This document shows, one piece after another, positions 1 through 13,512 of a stretch of DNA of 51,956 nucleotides. The position numbers were made by a program, and so were the translations under genes. The stretch's first letter is position 1. Every line of letters begins with the position of its first letter. Location: assembly GCA_009602725.1 (NCBI GenBank), contig WELB01000008.1, forward strand, positions 925,780 through 977,735, read 5' to 3'. Under the pieces are notes generated by a model that saw only the letters and a list, made by a program, of their open reading frames with translations, was not told the DNA's origin and did no database searches. Source of the DNA: Spirogloea muscicola. Taxonomy: Eukaryota.

Positions 1-3
1 TAG

Positions 4-1483
4 GAACAACATCAATCATGGCAGCAGCCAGCGGCTACTTCATGTACATATTAAATTTCCAGATGGAGAATGTCTCCTGTACATACTGTGTTGTATCGGC
101 GCTCCTGAGTGGCAGCCTCCTGCTAGCAACACTCACGGTTAGTAGGACCCAAGCTAAAGTATGACATGGCATGTTCCAGGGCTTTTGAACACCTTGTCGT
201 CGTAGGGTGTAAGTCTTGCTTTCATTTATAGTGCTCCTTGCAGTTGCTTCTTTGGCCTACTTCATTACAGTGGGCACATCAGTGCAGCTTGCATCCCCAT
301 AGTCAAAAGCGCTAGGTAGGGGTAGCAACCTGCTCCATGTTGAGCAGTCAAGTTCCTTCCTTGCTTTACAGGGCTTCACTGAGGGAGAGCTACAGAAGGG
401 AGCCCTGACACAGTTGGGTTTGGGAGCCACGGTAGTAGTGGCGCTCTCACTTGCCTTCAGTGATGCCAGGTTTGCAACAGCTGGGTGCGTTGTTGCACCT
501 ACACCATTGTGCCGTATTTGAGATTGATGAGACTGTGGTACTTTGCCTCTACTTACCTCTTTCTCATATCATGTCTTGAAGCATTGCCCAGAAACGTAAA
601 TACCTCAATATGTTGGGCCTGAGGTACATTGCTTGACAGTTCCGTCTGCTGTGTAGTTCCATGGATCTTGACCTTCCGCCAATTGAACCGGAGGTAACAA
701 CCACATCAGGGCCAGTGCAGTTAGCTCTTGCCAAGCACCTCAAGTCGATTGGCGCAAAGATGTATGGGGCATTTTGGTGCTCCCATTGCTTTGAGCAGAA
801 ACAGGTCGGATATGGGCCCTTTCCAGCAGGGCGATACTTAGCTCTGAGCTCTCTCGTGGCATAGATACATCATGACATTTTTTTCATTATACTTGTACTC
901 AGGCACTTTCGATGATTCTAGTGGTTGAGAACCCACAATCCCCTGTTGACATACTCTCTTGCCTGGTTGGTGTACCCAGATTAATGAGATGTGAGCTTTC
1001 TGGATTCTGTCATGCAGATGTTTGGCCAAGACGCGACCAGGAGTATGAATTATGTTGAGTGCTACCCAGATGGTTACAGGCGGGGGGTGAAGATAGCAGA
1101 GGAGTGCGACAAGGCAAACGTGCAAGGATTTCCGACATGGATCATAGACGGCAAGGTTTGCCATCGCAATGCAGATTGACTGGTCGTCACCTTTGTTTTG
1201 AGGACCCAATGATGCACAGCTTTGTGCTGCGTGTAGACGCACAAGATGATCCATAGGTGTGTGCGTCGTGTAGATGTTCGACGGAAGTACTTATGTTGGC
1301 AAGGAGGGGGACATCCGCATTGATGGCAGACTGCAAGATTGACATACAAGACAGGCTTGCAGGTTCTCTAACATGGAGCAGAGTCTGTTGAATGGCAAAA
1401 TTGTGCAGCCCCAGGCAGGGGAGCTGAGCCTTGAGGAGTTGGCAAACCTTTCACGTTTTGACATTTCCAAGATTGGCAAGTAG
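4..1483 (+). CDS. LTO1: Plastid VKOR-thioredoxin fusion thiol oxidoreductase (LTO1/VKOR), 3' part; exons 4-137, 372-484, 657-804, 1018-1155, 1409-1483
   Basis: Exon 1 reads TTSIMAAASGYFMYIL..SCTYCVVSALLS (VKOR CxxC). Later exons read LAKHLKSIGAKMYGAFWCSHCFEQKQ-MFG...YVECYPDG...C..ANVQGFPTWIIDG and GELSLEELA, the Trx-like domain. GT-AG junctions keep frame; stop TAG at 1481-1483. The 5' end lies outside the window. Confidence 0.92.
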
Positions 1484-3533
1484 GAGATCATCATCACTTG
1501 CAGAAGCATGGAGTCACTTTGTCCAGAAGGACATGGGCCCTGATGGGTAAGTGACAGCCACATTAGCTTGCAAGACAGCTCAAGACACTAGCCTCTTGGG
1601 CAGCACCAATCCATGTGGCTTCCTCTCAGAGGGTCTCTTTCTTAGTCACTGGGTGTACTTTGCCCTCACTCTAGACATGAGGTGCACAGATGTTGCAGCA
1701 CATTGTTGGAGCTTCCGCACATTTGATAGTCCTTGTGTTGGAGGCTATGACAACAACAGTATGCCAAATGCATATATCTTACAATCCAAGCTGATGTCTG
1801 CTGCTACACCTCTGCTTTTCAAGCTAGCGCTTGTGCTTGTGATGCGACCTTGTGTTCTCTTTTCAATGTGTAATTCAGGCTAGCGCATTTAATATGCACA
1901 CAGAAGACTTGTGGAAAACTGTCAATTGGAAGTCATCCCCTGTACTGTGCTCTAGTACAAAGATGTGCTAGACTGTGGTTGCCCATGTTGTGGGCACAAC
2001 TTGTACAAGTAAAACAGCAGACTACTTAATGAGCTCTTTAATTCTGGAAGTAAGCTTCCAAACCTTCTGCCTTATTCCTTTGATCTTCTTCGTTCTGAAG
2101 GCGCAGCATGGCGAGCTGGTCGCGAGTCCTAATCATACAACCTTGGAGATTACCACGCAGTGCAGGGACTTCGAAGCGTTTGTGGTCAATTTGTGGCTGG
2201 TCGTCTCGTCAAATAGTCATGTACACTCGTTCTGTCCTGCTGCTTTCATGTCAAACTGCCCACACCTCCACTTAGCGAGCACTTTGCAAAGAATGGTCAG
2301 ATTTGCATGATTGGGAAAGAGCGGCCGGCTCAGGTCGGAGAAGTTGGACCAAAGCCGTCATCCTGCACACGTGCTTGTTCAGCAAGGGCTAAATTTAGCA
2401 GGGCTTTGATCTCAGGCTTTGATCACAGGAGTCGGCTGCGTGCGGTCCAGGAGAGTCGGGAGGAGTGCAAGACAGCACTCTGACAGCGCCTGCAAAATCC
2501 TCCGTGCTGTAAAACCGCGAGCCCAAGCTAAGGGGCGAGTAGCCAAGCACGAGCTGTGCAGGCGGCCACCACCGAAGGCAGACAATGAGCTGCTCGCCGG
2601 AGCAGTGTGGATGAAGAGCAGCGTCCACATGAGGAGCCGGCCTTGCAGTTGCTGCAGCTGCTGTTGCTGTACCATCCCAGCTATGTGGCCCCTTCTTCCT
2701 CCTGCAAGGGTTGCTCACCCACAGCCGGTAGCGCCGAGGAGGACCGCCGCAGGAGCTTGGGCTCCTGCTCCCCAGCCGGGAACGTCTCTGACGCTACGCG
2801 CTTGGGCCGATGTTGCTGGCAATTGCATTGCATCAAATAAGAAACTGAAGCCGTCAACATTTCGATTTGAATTGCTATCTCTGAGATCGTGCGACAAGCA
2901 ACAAGAGAGGAGGCTGCGGCAGAGGCAGGTGTGTATGTTGGCCTAGTATGAAGCTAAGGATCACAACAGCAACATTGACCAGCATTAAAAAGGCCCAAAA
3001 GATAGTGCCGCAAGGAAAGTTCCAGCTGCCGCGTCACATGCTGCGGGCCGCTACCTTGTGCTCTGCCATCTGGTAAAAGTGCCGAATGAGGATGTTGGTG
3101 GCCTCTGTGGCAATCACTGTGCCGCAGCAGCAACAGCGAGTGTGAGCATGCAAGCCTTGGTTTCTTAACGACTGCAGCAACCAGATGCTACAATCAACAA
3201 CTCCAGATTCCTGCCCTCATGGATTTGGGCTCCAACTTCATGTTGAGCTCTGCCTTGAAGCCGAAGAGCCAGCACGAGCCTGGCGCCTGACCAAGGCCTG
3301 CAGATGCCTCGCTAGCGCAGACGTGCCTCAGGTAGCGAGGGAGAGAGCAGGGACCTTGGTGGGGCGGCGGCTGCGTGCGATCGTGCGTTGCATGGTACGT
3401 CGCCGCTGTCGGCTGCTGCGAAAGAAGCGCCGCAGTTGCGGGACAGCTGTGAGGGCGTGCCCAAACGAGTGGCAACGCAGGCAGGCCTTGGTGGCCACGC
3501 CGCCCGCCGGCGCTCTGGCGACGGCCCGCCGGC

Positions 3534-6500
3534 ATGACGAACCCGCCCACTGCGCCGTCGAGGGTGCCGTGGGCAGGCCAGGCGTCCGCGACCATTGGGC
3601 CGCTGGCGATGGGCGGAGACTGGCGCCGACGCTGCGGCAACGGCGCTGGCTGCGGCAGGCCGCTGGCCTGGCCGCTGCCCGCGCTCTGGCGGCGGTGGCG
3701 GCGGCGACGGCGCAATGGACGCGCCGTCCGTGCCGCCGCCTGTCACGCTACCCGCGGTCCCATCTCCCAGTGCCGCCGTCCCGAGCAGCCAAAGACCAGC
3801 GGCCAGGACTCCGCCAACGACGGCGGCGCGGCCGACAACGGCGGCGGCGGCGGCGGCGGCGGAGGCGGCGGCGGCGGCACGGCGGCCACGCTTTTGCAGG
3901 CGCTGCAGGCGCTGTACCACCACCCTGACCCGGAGGTGCGGTCCGCCGCCAATCGCTGGCTGGAGGACTTCCAACAGACCGTGGAGGCGTGGCAGGTGAG
4001 AGCGCTACGTTGCGCAGAGATACAGTGGCTGGCTCTTGCTGTCCCTTGAGCAGCTTGTGGCCTCGGCCAGCTCCGCCACTGGACACTCTGCTTGGAGGCA
4101 GCAGTCCAGCTGGCCTCCACAATCCCCCGTTCGGCGAGCGCTCTTGTGCGCTTCCGCTGACACCTGGATACGGTCTGCAGCCTCTTGCAGCAAGCATCCT
4201 TTTGCTTCCATTGTGACTCCCAGGCACGGGTTCGCCGTGGGTGCAGGTCTCTGACAGCTTGTTGCATTCACCGACCAGCTCGCTGGAGGTGCAGTACTTT
4301 TGTGCCCAGACGCTAAGGACGAAGGTATGTCCGTCTCCTGCGTACGGGCTTTCACAAGGAGTTTACGGTTGAGGGTTGTCGGCCAACTTTCGTAAGCCCA
4401 GCTTGTCCCCTGGGTTCAGAAGAATTCCGTCCTAGCAGTCAGCATGCAAGCAATACAACCTGCTGTAGGGCAGTCCAGGCAGGCCTTGAAGCAATGTGTC
4501 AGCTGGTTGAGTCAGAACGTTGCGAGAGACAGTTTACTGATAAGAGCTGTGCACCTGCAGATTCAGCGGGACTTTGAGGAGCTGCCACCAGGAGCTCCTG
4601 TCTCCTTGCGTGATTCGCTCTTGGTAAGTTGATTGATACATGACGGCAATGTACCTGGTCCAGGGCTGCCTGGACTCTCGCCACAACGAGTATGGGATCT
4701 TGCGGCTGCTGACCAGCCAATGTTCAGAGCACTGCTTGAGGGTTTCGCAAAAATTTGACTAAGCAAATTAATCACACATCACAGGGTTCTCAATAAGTGC
4801 TGGATTTGCCTCTTCAGGCCCTGCTCTCCAAGTTCTTATACTTGGGAGGCCCTGCTGCTGTAAGGACACAGGTATGTTCCTCACCATAATACACTCTTGC
4901 TGAGAAGCTTGCAATCTGTCAACAGCATTTCCTTCCGGATGAGCAGATTTCCTCCCAATATTGAATATCCAGATGAGCAGTTGTTTATTAGTGGAAGAGA
5001 AGCAGCAACCCCCTGAAGGTTTTTCACCATTGAAGCAGCAAGCCCCTGAAAATTTCTGCCCTATATGTTGTTAATCTGCTGTGTTTCTGCTCATGCAGTT
5101 GTGCCTAGCAATTGCAGCTGTTGCAGCACATTTGCCCCAAGAGAAGTGGGGTCCATCTGGAGGTATTGTGACGTGGTTAGGGGATCAACTCAGCTCAAAC
5201 CTTGAGGCATACGCTGGCCTTCTGGAAATAGTGACGGTCTTGCCCCAGGTATGCTAACATCCCCTGACGTGCCCTTCGCATTGGTGCTTTTCTGAGTAGG
5301 AGATTATCTGTTGACAGCCCCATGCACAAGGATCTGCAAACAGCATGTCACAGGATCGACGAATCATGGGTACCTGCTTAATAATCTAGGCGTGGGAGCC
5401 ATTGGTAGGATGTGCGCTGGTTCATGCACTTGACAAGTACAGGCTGCTATATGCAGGAAGCAAGCAGTTACAAGATAGCAATCAGACCAGAAAGGAGGCG
5501 ACAGTTTATCTCAGAGCTTGTTGCTGCTGTACCTGAAGCTCTCAATCTTTTGGCAGCTTCTCTGTTGAAAGACAGTGGTGGGGCAAAGGAGCAGGTGTGC
5601 ACTTGTCTTGGAGGTTGATTGCCTGGTGCTCTCCCGCAGGCTTAGCATGGCAAATGAGAACTGCACAATAGCAACGGCAACACCCTCTGACTTCATGGAG
5701 AGACGTTGACTCAATCTCTATTGCTTGTAGGTGCTTTTGGCTTTTGCGGCTTGGTTACACATCAGCAATGGGTATGCTTGCCGAATGTCTGCACATTTGT
5801 TCTGCATGCTGTGTGTTGTTTTGCGGGCGCCTATTAAATGCAACTGCACCATTGCAGTGTTCTGCATGCATGGTAGCATTGCACTGTTACTGCTTGTGTT
5901 TTGAGATTACGTTTGACAATTCTACTCAGGATGTCAAGAAGGCAATTACTACATGTCTTATCTGCAGGAACGTCTCTGCATCAGTGCTAGCATCTCATCC
6001 CCTGACAATTTCTGCTCTAGATGGACTTGCAAGACCAGAAACTTTTGATGCCGCTGTTGAAGGTCAGCACCAGCCGAGGGCTTCTGACCATTGCCCGCAA
6101 CTCGAAAGTCTTGTGAGCCTCTAAGCTGCCCAATGTGTTGCTCAGACTAGAAGCAAAGCTCATGATGTCTTGCTTTGACATTGGAAGCTCTGTGACTCAC
6201 TATTGCAATTGTTGCTTTGGCAGCTGTTTGCGAACTCATTAGATTCTCGGTAGGGAATAGCAGCGCAGACATCGCGGCAAACATGCCACTCATCCAAATA
6301 CTTGTACCTCGTGTGATGGCTGTGCGACCTGGATTCAGCAAAGCACTGAAGGAAAGCTACTAACTTCTGCTCTTGCCTTGTTTAAATTGTCCAACATTCT
6401 ATACGCTCTTATGGAGCTGTTATGAACCTGAATTCATGGGCACCTTATGCGCCAGCAGGCAAACTGCTGGTTCTTCTTTGAAGGTCTCCCTACTTGATCT

Positions 6501-9500
6501 GGGGCCTTCTGCCCGATGATGCCATTATTAATCTTGAAAGCTTCTGATTGCCACAGGCTGCACAAGAGGAGAAGCAAGGGAGAAGTAGTGTAGGAGACAC
6601 TAGCCTCGATGGTGTAGGGGACGAGGTAATTCTTGGCATTGCACTGATACATTCAGGCGAGCTGGTTGGTCAAGGCTCTGAGCCAAATATGGCAGTCTGC
6701 GCGATATGAATGTTGTGCGCCCTTGGATGAATTTACTGATTTGCTCAAGGAGCTCTGCTGAAGTGTGGTCCATATCTTGCCAGGACAATGACACCGTAAA
6801 AGGCATGGCTCGCCTGTTTGCGGAGATGGGAGAGGCCTATGTTGATCTCATAGCAAGTGGATCCAGCGAGGCTTTGCTTGTGGCTGAGGTCCTGATTGAA
6901 GTGACCTCCCATCCAGATGACAGCATTGCAGCTACAACATTTAACTTTTGGCATCATCTCAGCCGATGTCTATCTAAAAGGTTTGCCTCTCTGCGAAAAG
7001 ATTTTCCTTCATGTCGTTATCTTGAAGAACGTTGTGATGATCCAGAAAGACGTATTCGTTTCTAAGACTACAGTGCATCTCTGATTATAAGAACATCAAA
7101 CGCAAAGAGACCAGCCCCAACATAACCCCCCTCATACTCCTTCATGACCTTTTGCAGGCATGATGATCATGCCGATGAGGCAGTAGCTGCTACAGCTGAG
7201 CGAAACAGGCGACTTGCGCTGTTTAGGCCTCTTTTTGAGGTCCTTGTCCAGCTGGTGATTGACCTTATGCTTACCAGCACAGTATTCTCTCTGAAATGGA
7301 AGTTCTACAGTGTGATTTCCTGTTGAAATCTGCAAGCTTACCAGAGCTCCCAGGCTGACCTGAATCAGGCAACTCGAAATTGCAGGTCAGCTTTAGGGTG
7401 CAGTACCCTAAAGGGTATGAAGAGTGGAGAAGGGATGAGAAGGCTGATTTCAAGCACACACGTTATGGTACATTGCCTGGGTCTGCTGCGCAAATGCTGC
7501 ACAGATCGTCTACATGTGCATATTCTACAGTACTGTCAAATGCTGGCAAATGTCTCGTAAGACTAATCAATCAGAAGTTGGGGCTTGTGTGCAGGCGTTG
7601 CTGATATACTTGTGGATGCTGCGGCTGTCTTGGGAGGGGAACATACCCTGCAGCTTTTGGCACGTCCCTTGGTGGAGGTATATGTCCTTCTGTCTCTAGC
7701 AGGTCTGATGGTGCAAGAAGGGCAGACAAGCTGTACCCTTTTGTCAATAAAGTAAGAGGGGTTCATGCGCGGGTTTCAGGCTCAAGTCCCACAGTATTTG
7801 CTTGCAATTATTGGAGGACGTGGTTTTACAAAGAACGCCTTTTGTTGAGCAGCTGACTCAGGGGACCAGTGCTGGAGCTTTGGAGTGGCCAAGTGCAGAA
7901 GCCCCCATCTATTGTATACGAGCAATTGCAAATGTCGTACCACGAGCTGAGAGATCTGTCCTACCACAGGTTGGCTCACTGCGCTTAAGGTCCACCATAT
8001 TTACCAGCAACATAGTACATAGCCAGGATCCAGGTTCTTTATTCATTCTGTAAGCATCTAAGCTGCTGCACTGTGTGCTTGTGAGGTCAGAAGTTAAAGC
8101 ACGTACTTTTGCGGAACTTGAGGTCAGGGCAATATGTCCTGCCAAAACACCTTGTGGTGGTTGCTCCATCTGCCCCGTATAGAAGCTTGCCATCATTCTG
8201 TGAGCAGGTCATGGAATTGCTCCCTCAGCTGCCCCGACAGCCCCAGCTTCTGTACACAGGTCAGAAGGCATTGCTTCGCAGATCAGTAGATCATGTGGTT
8301 TCGTGACCCTCCTGTGTCTTACTTGGTCTGACGACCATCAAGTTGTTCCAAGTAACAGACTGGCTGTGGTGACCGAATGGCAGGCTTTCTCTTTAATTTG
8401 CTGAGCACGGCCTATGCTTTGACTTGCCGCCAATACACTTTTGGCTGATTGTGTTTCACTATGTTAAATTCTTACCAGTTTCACTCATGATTGCGGCCTA
8501 CTCTGACTGGCTGGCTGGAGCAGCACAACAACCCAGTCACAGTAACCTGCTGCCGAGTGTTCTTGCACTCTTGACTAAGAGTCTTTCAGCTCCAGACGAT
8601 GCACCTCCAGCAGCGGCATTGGCTCTCAAGCATGTCTGTGATGGTGATTGTTCCTCCCTCAAAAGAGTGGCTTGTATGCTTTGTAACACCCACTGCCTTA
8701 CCAATGCTGGTGGGCAGGAGGCCACTATTGTAACCATTATATCAAGATCATGCGAAGCTGTCAATCAGACAGCCATGCTCCTGCCCCTCGCGTGTGCAAT
8801 TTGTTGGACCTATCGAAACATAATGCCACTTGTGTAGGTGTGTAGCAGGCAGCTCACGGGCGTCAGACCTTGGTGTGGTGATGCTGACTAGAAGCTGCCC
8901 GTCATCCTGCAGCTTGTCGACAGCAGTTGGTGGTGTCCATTGATCCACTTATACAACTTTACCATCAGGTGGTAGTTGCAAATTCCATGGTGTCAACACA
9001 TACAGCAACAATCCAAGCTTTTCATTTGACTGCAGCTGATGAGCTTCAGATTGTCGAAGGAATCAGGTGGGCTGCTGCAGGCAAGATTCAAAGCACTTTC
9101 AATCAGCTCATAGACCTGGACGGGGTAGAGAGAGCTCTGCATCCGTGCCATCATCGTGCCATCACTTTCCACTGGCAGCCTCTTGCAAGAATATTTGTCA
9201 TGCTTCGCTTCTGTGTTCGAACTTCTGCCATCCATGTGCCCAGCATCTTGAAGTACTACTTGCGTCACTTCGGAGAGTAGCCTTGCTACATGACTTCTGA
9301 ATGTAGCACTTCACTACTCTTCTGTCATGTGGCAATGTAGAGCAGTATGGTGGTCAGTGCTCTTCCAGCTGATCGGGCTTCTGGAGCTTTGCATGCCATC
9401 TGCTTCCCAATCTCAAGTGCCTTGCAGGTTCTGTGGTCCCTCTCCTTTCCACATACATGTGTCGGTTTAGCCCAACCATTTCCCTCTCAGAAAGTGCTCA

Positions 9501-12078
9501 CAGAGCTTTTAAATAGATGTGTGACTTAAGTCACCGCTAGCCTTAAAGGATCTATATCCGCTTTAGGACATTCTGTTCAGGTTATTGCAAGCGCATACTT
9601 GTTGGCTAGCCACCTACAGATCCAGCATCATTCTTGCTTTGTTGTGTGGGAAAGAGTTGAAGCGAGATTGACAACTTGCATTGGCTCCTCATTGCAGCAA
9701 GCAGTACTTGCTGCTCAACAGCAAGCAATGCCTACTGAGCAGAGCGGCTCTGTCAGTGGACAGTTCTCCATCTTGATAGACCGTATAGCTAACATCTTCA
9801 GGTACTGCCTCCGTAAAGTAATGCCTTCATGTCAAAGAAAGGATAGCCATGAGGTTGATCCTGTAGCAGAAAGTACATGCACGCAATCTGCTGCACTGGA
9901 TTTACGTACTCATGGTCATCCATCTTGGCGCATCAGATACGTGACGCAACCCTCTTTGGTGGTGGAAGCTTTCCAACAAATGTGGCCACTTCTACAATCT
10001 GTTTTTGCATTGTGAGATACTTTTTCTGCAGATGGGTAGTAGCTGGGGAGTGCATTGAGATAGTCTTATCACCATGTATGCTAAGCAAGTATGCACACTT
10101 GTGTAGAGGATAACGTGTAGCACTTGCCCTGACTGGAAGGAGCATACTCTTTCAGGAAAGGCTCTGACGACCGTGTCATGGAGAGACTCTGCCGAGCTTG
10201 TAAATATGCAGTAAGCCCTCAATAACCTAGTCCCAAGGCCATTCCAGATTCAAGAGGTTGCTGCAAGGCCTTAATGCAATTTGCATCATGACAAATGCCC
10301 ACCCTGCCCCTGTAATTAGTTGCGTCTGGTCCGTCTGTATAAGGTACTTACTTTAGGTAAGTTGGACAAGCCCAGGCAAAGTAAAGCTGTTGTCAGGTCT
10401 TCTTGAAGGTGTAGATCAATTCATTGATCGCTTTGGTTGCTGTGAATACTGCCAGATACGAAATGCTGGTCGGACAATAGGGCCATTTTTGGGTACCATA
10501 ATGGAGGAGATAGAGAGAAACTTTCGCCAGCCTTCTCATCAGCCCTGCCTGCTATACGTGGCTAGCGAGGCAGTCAAGGTTTGCCTTACTTGCAAGTTGT
10601 GACAAAGAAACTGCCCTGTCAGCAAACCCAAAAAGTGTTGGGGACTCAGCACCCCCAGTGCCCCGCTGTGGACGTGGTTTGGCTGTCAGTGTCACTAAGC
10701 ATTTCATAGATGTCTCAACTGTGTTGCTCAGTATTACCAACTCAGCCTTCTTGCTTTGCACTCAAGGTCTTTGGCAGTGACGGTTCCTGCTCCAGCCCCC
10801 TCTCTTTTCTCCTGGCCTCCCTCTTTGGGGAGTGCATACGCATACTCAAGACGACAGAAGTAAGCTGGGCCAGCTCAGGGCTTCCGGGCTGCTTATTTTG
10901 TGCGTGCCAATTTACCTGCAGTTTGTCTGCTTCTTCTACTTGTGTGGATTTCGCATCTTCACGCGTCTTACCTCAGATGTACTTCGCGACAGGACTTCAC
11001 ACAGCATCCAGACTTAGTGGATGATTGCTTCCTTCTGGCTTCCCGGTGTATACGATATTGTCCCCACTTGATGTACAATACCTCCATTTTTGGGCAGCTT
11101 CTTGACTGCTCAATGAGAGGCATTACTCTCCAGCACAGGTATAACCCGAAGCCTGTTTGCCAGCTTGAGCTGAATGTTGTTGTAGATTATTTGCAAGGGT
11201 GGCTAAGGTTTCTGTTGGAGCTCCATCGAGGAGGGTACACCATCCACAGTTGGAAATCCTGCAACCGGAGAAATTTCCCACGTTCATTTCATCTATATTT
11301 TGATAACACCGCGTACTTTCTTCCTGTTACTTCTGACGTCAATATTATTCGCTTCTGACACAGCAAGGGTCACAATAATGAGGTATATGCGGAATATGCA
11401 TACTCTGCTTCTCAAACTCTGCTCACCAGCAGTACCCTGTGTTGCTGTTGCGCAGGGAAGCGTGCCGATCCCTTTTGAACTTCCTCCGTGATGCCCTGGA
11501 GTTGCCTCTGAAGGAGGGCTCTGGTGGGTTCAGAGATTCTGCCGAGGCAGAGTTAGCCATCCGCGGTGGTTCGCTGGCACGTCTCCTTCTGGCCGCCCTC
11601 ACAGGGGCCTTACCAGAATCTCGGACTGTAGAGGTGATTGGAGACTCAGTGCTTACAATCCATCATGTATACAATCATTTAGTCTGCCTGGTCGTATATT
11701 CGATCACACAGTACTCTCCTTCAAGTTCATAGGACATACATAGTGCAGGCCTGCCTGAAGTACATGCCTGCCCAATGACATCCTTACTGACACACACACT
11801 TGGTGCAGTTGGTGGATGTCGTTGCTGCTCTGGCCAGGCTGTGCAGTCAAAGTGCCGTGCAGTGGTTCAGTCAAGCAGCAGCCCTCCTTCCTTCTGCTGC
11901 TGCCAGTGAAGAGGAGAAAACAAAGATGCTGATGGCAGTGGCAGCAACGGCCAGCGGCGCACGGGAACCCTCATTGCTGGATACCTTAGAGGAGTTGAGC
12001 GACTCATGTCGCCGAAATCGAAGGATCAGAGACATGGCTCAGGCAGCTCTAAGACCTACCGAGCTTGTCTTGACTTGA
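3534..12078 (+). CDS. MOS14: Transportin-SR / importin-beta family nuclear import receptor (MOS14/TNPO3-like), about 27 exons; start codon uncertain
   Basis: The N-terminus LLQALQALYHHPDPEVRSAANRWLEDFQQTVEAWQ|VSDSLL..EVQYFCAQTLRTK|IQRDFEELP matches the MOS14 pattern. Further exons give VKGMARLFAEMGEAYVDLIA, TFNFWHHL, AEAPIYCIRAIA, MERLCRACKYA and HPDLVDDCFLLASRCIRYCP. The final exon ELSDSCRRNRRIRDMAQAALRPTELVLT ends at TGA 12076-12078. Confidence 0.92.
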
Positions 12079-13512
12079 CCACCCACGAACTCCATTCTCT
12101 CGCTCGCTGTGACTCTTGCAAGCTTGTCCAGTGGAGCTGCCCCCCCTCAATCTTTACTTGAGATAATCGACAGATGACTGAAGCAGATGGCATGTTGACC
12201 ACCTTTGCCATCTCTTCCTCGTACCTTCGGTAGTCAAGATCACATTGATCTCAAGTTCCTGTCAGAGGCAATGTCCTCCCACGTACTTGGAGGTACTTGC
12301 AACTTAAAACAACCTGTGAATCACAGACGTTGATGGAGAAGCAAATGGGCTGTAAGCAGCTGTTTGGGTTTGTTGTTAGGGTGACTCTTATGTCAGTCAG
12401 GCTGAAGGCGGCTTGCACGACACACCAAGTGTGCATGTGTGCAGAGAGGTGACATGTCAATGCACGCTTGCATAGGCCGACCTTTAAGATACTGCCAAAC
12501 TCAAAGTTGCTCCTGTTTCTTGAACAGGTCTAGCACTACTTATCAGTGCTGCCTTTGTGAAACCCTTCTGTGCATGGGTAAGAGGGAGTTCAGGATCCTC
12601 TATGGAGCATGCACGTAGTCCCAGGATGTGCATCCCCAATAATACGCAACCTTCCAAAAAGAGGCTGGGCTTGTGCTGCCCAATAGGGTCTCACCTACAA
12701 TGAAGACCCTCGACAAGGCCAACAGCTTTGTCTCGTCTGACCAGAATATCAGATCACTATAATGTCGTGCAAATCGACAGTACAGAGTTGTGCATCTGTA
12801 ACACCATGGGCAAGCAGCGCAGGAGAGGACTGGAAGGGAATGTCAGTCACAGGATGCAGCAGCCACTACTGAGCTCATCTTGGTCCGCCCACTTATCAAT
12901 TGTAATTTACAATTATTATAGATTGAGTAGTCATCAACGAGGTCAAGAAAAGCCAACAATCACTACAACCAAAGTTACCTGCATAGGACAAGTGTCTCGT
13001 AGGGGAAACTTCCTGCAAGTGCCAGGAGGGATGAAAGAATTACTACGGCGCCCCAAGCCTCTCTGACTGTACGTACTTGTAGATGGCAACAAATTACCAT
13101 CAGACGGTGCACAAAGATAGTCGCAATTGTGAGGTGCGAGACAACAGATTGAGAGTGCCTACTACACCACATGCCCACCACTTCATAGCAGACGAGTGTC
13201 CACCCACTTTGATGATCTCTGGACTGGAGCAAGTTACTTTCTGGTGCCCAGGAAGGAGTAAGGTGACCATGGGCTCAGAAATGGAGTCGGCTTACGTAAT
13301 ATCATCATTCAAACCACTGTCTGGCACTGTATGTCCAGCAGTGGTGGGAGCTGCACATCTCATAAGTAGCCAGGGGAGGTTCGTAGACACCGACCTTGCG
13401 TTTCATAGGGGCACGACGATTAATGAAATGATGTTTGAATCAGTGGGTATGACATGATGTACAGAGGTTGTAATTGCATGCGTGGTATTGGAGAATGTCC
13501 CCAGCTACTTTG

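Noticed and set aside
1975..3715. Possible gene(s) from ORFs 2419-2946 (+), 2412-2675 (-) and 3194-3715 (-)
   Set aside because: No recognisable domain, and I could not build a phase-consistent exon chain. Long ORFs are expected in GC-rich DNA. Left unassigned.
12730..12800. Minus-strand CGATTTGCACG, complementary to a conserved large-subunit rRNA segment, near a CTGA; possible C/D snoRNA
   Set aside because: No box C upstream and no D or D' box at the required spacing. An 11-nt match can occur by chance.
12728..13457. ORFs of 112 and 124 aa between MOS14 and the glucosidase
   Set aside because: No motifs or convincing splice structure; probably UTR or intergenic DNA.
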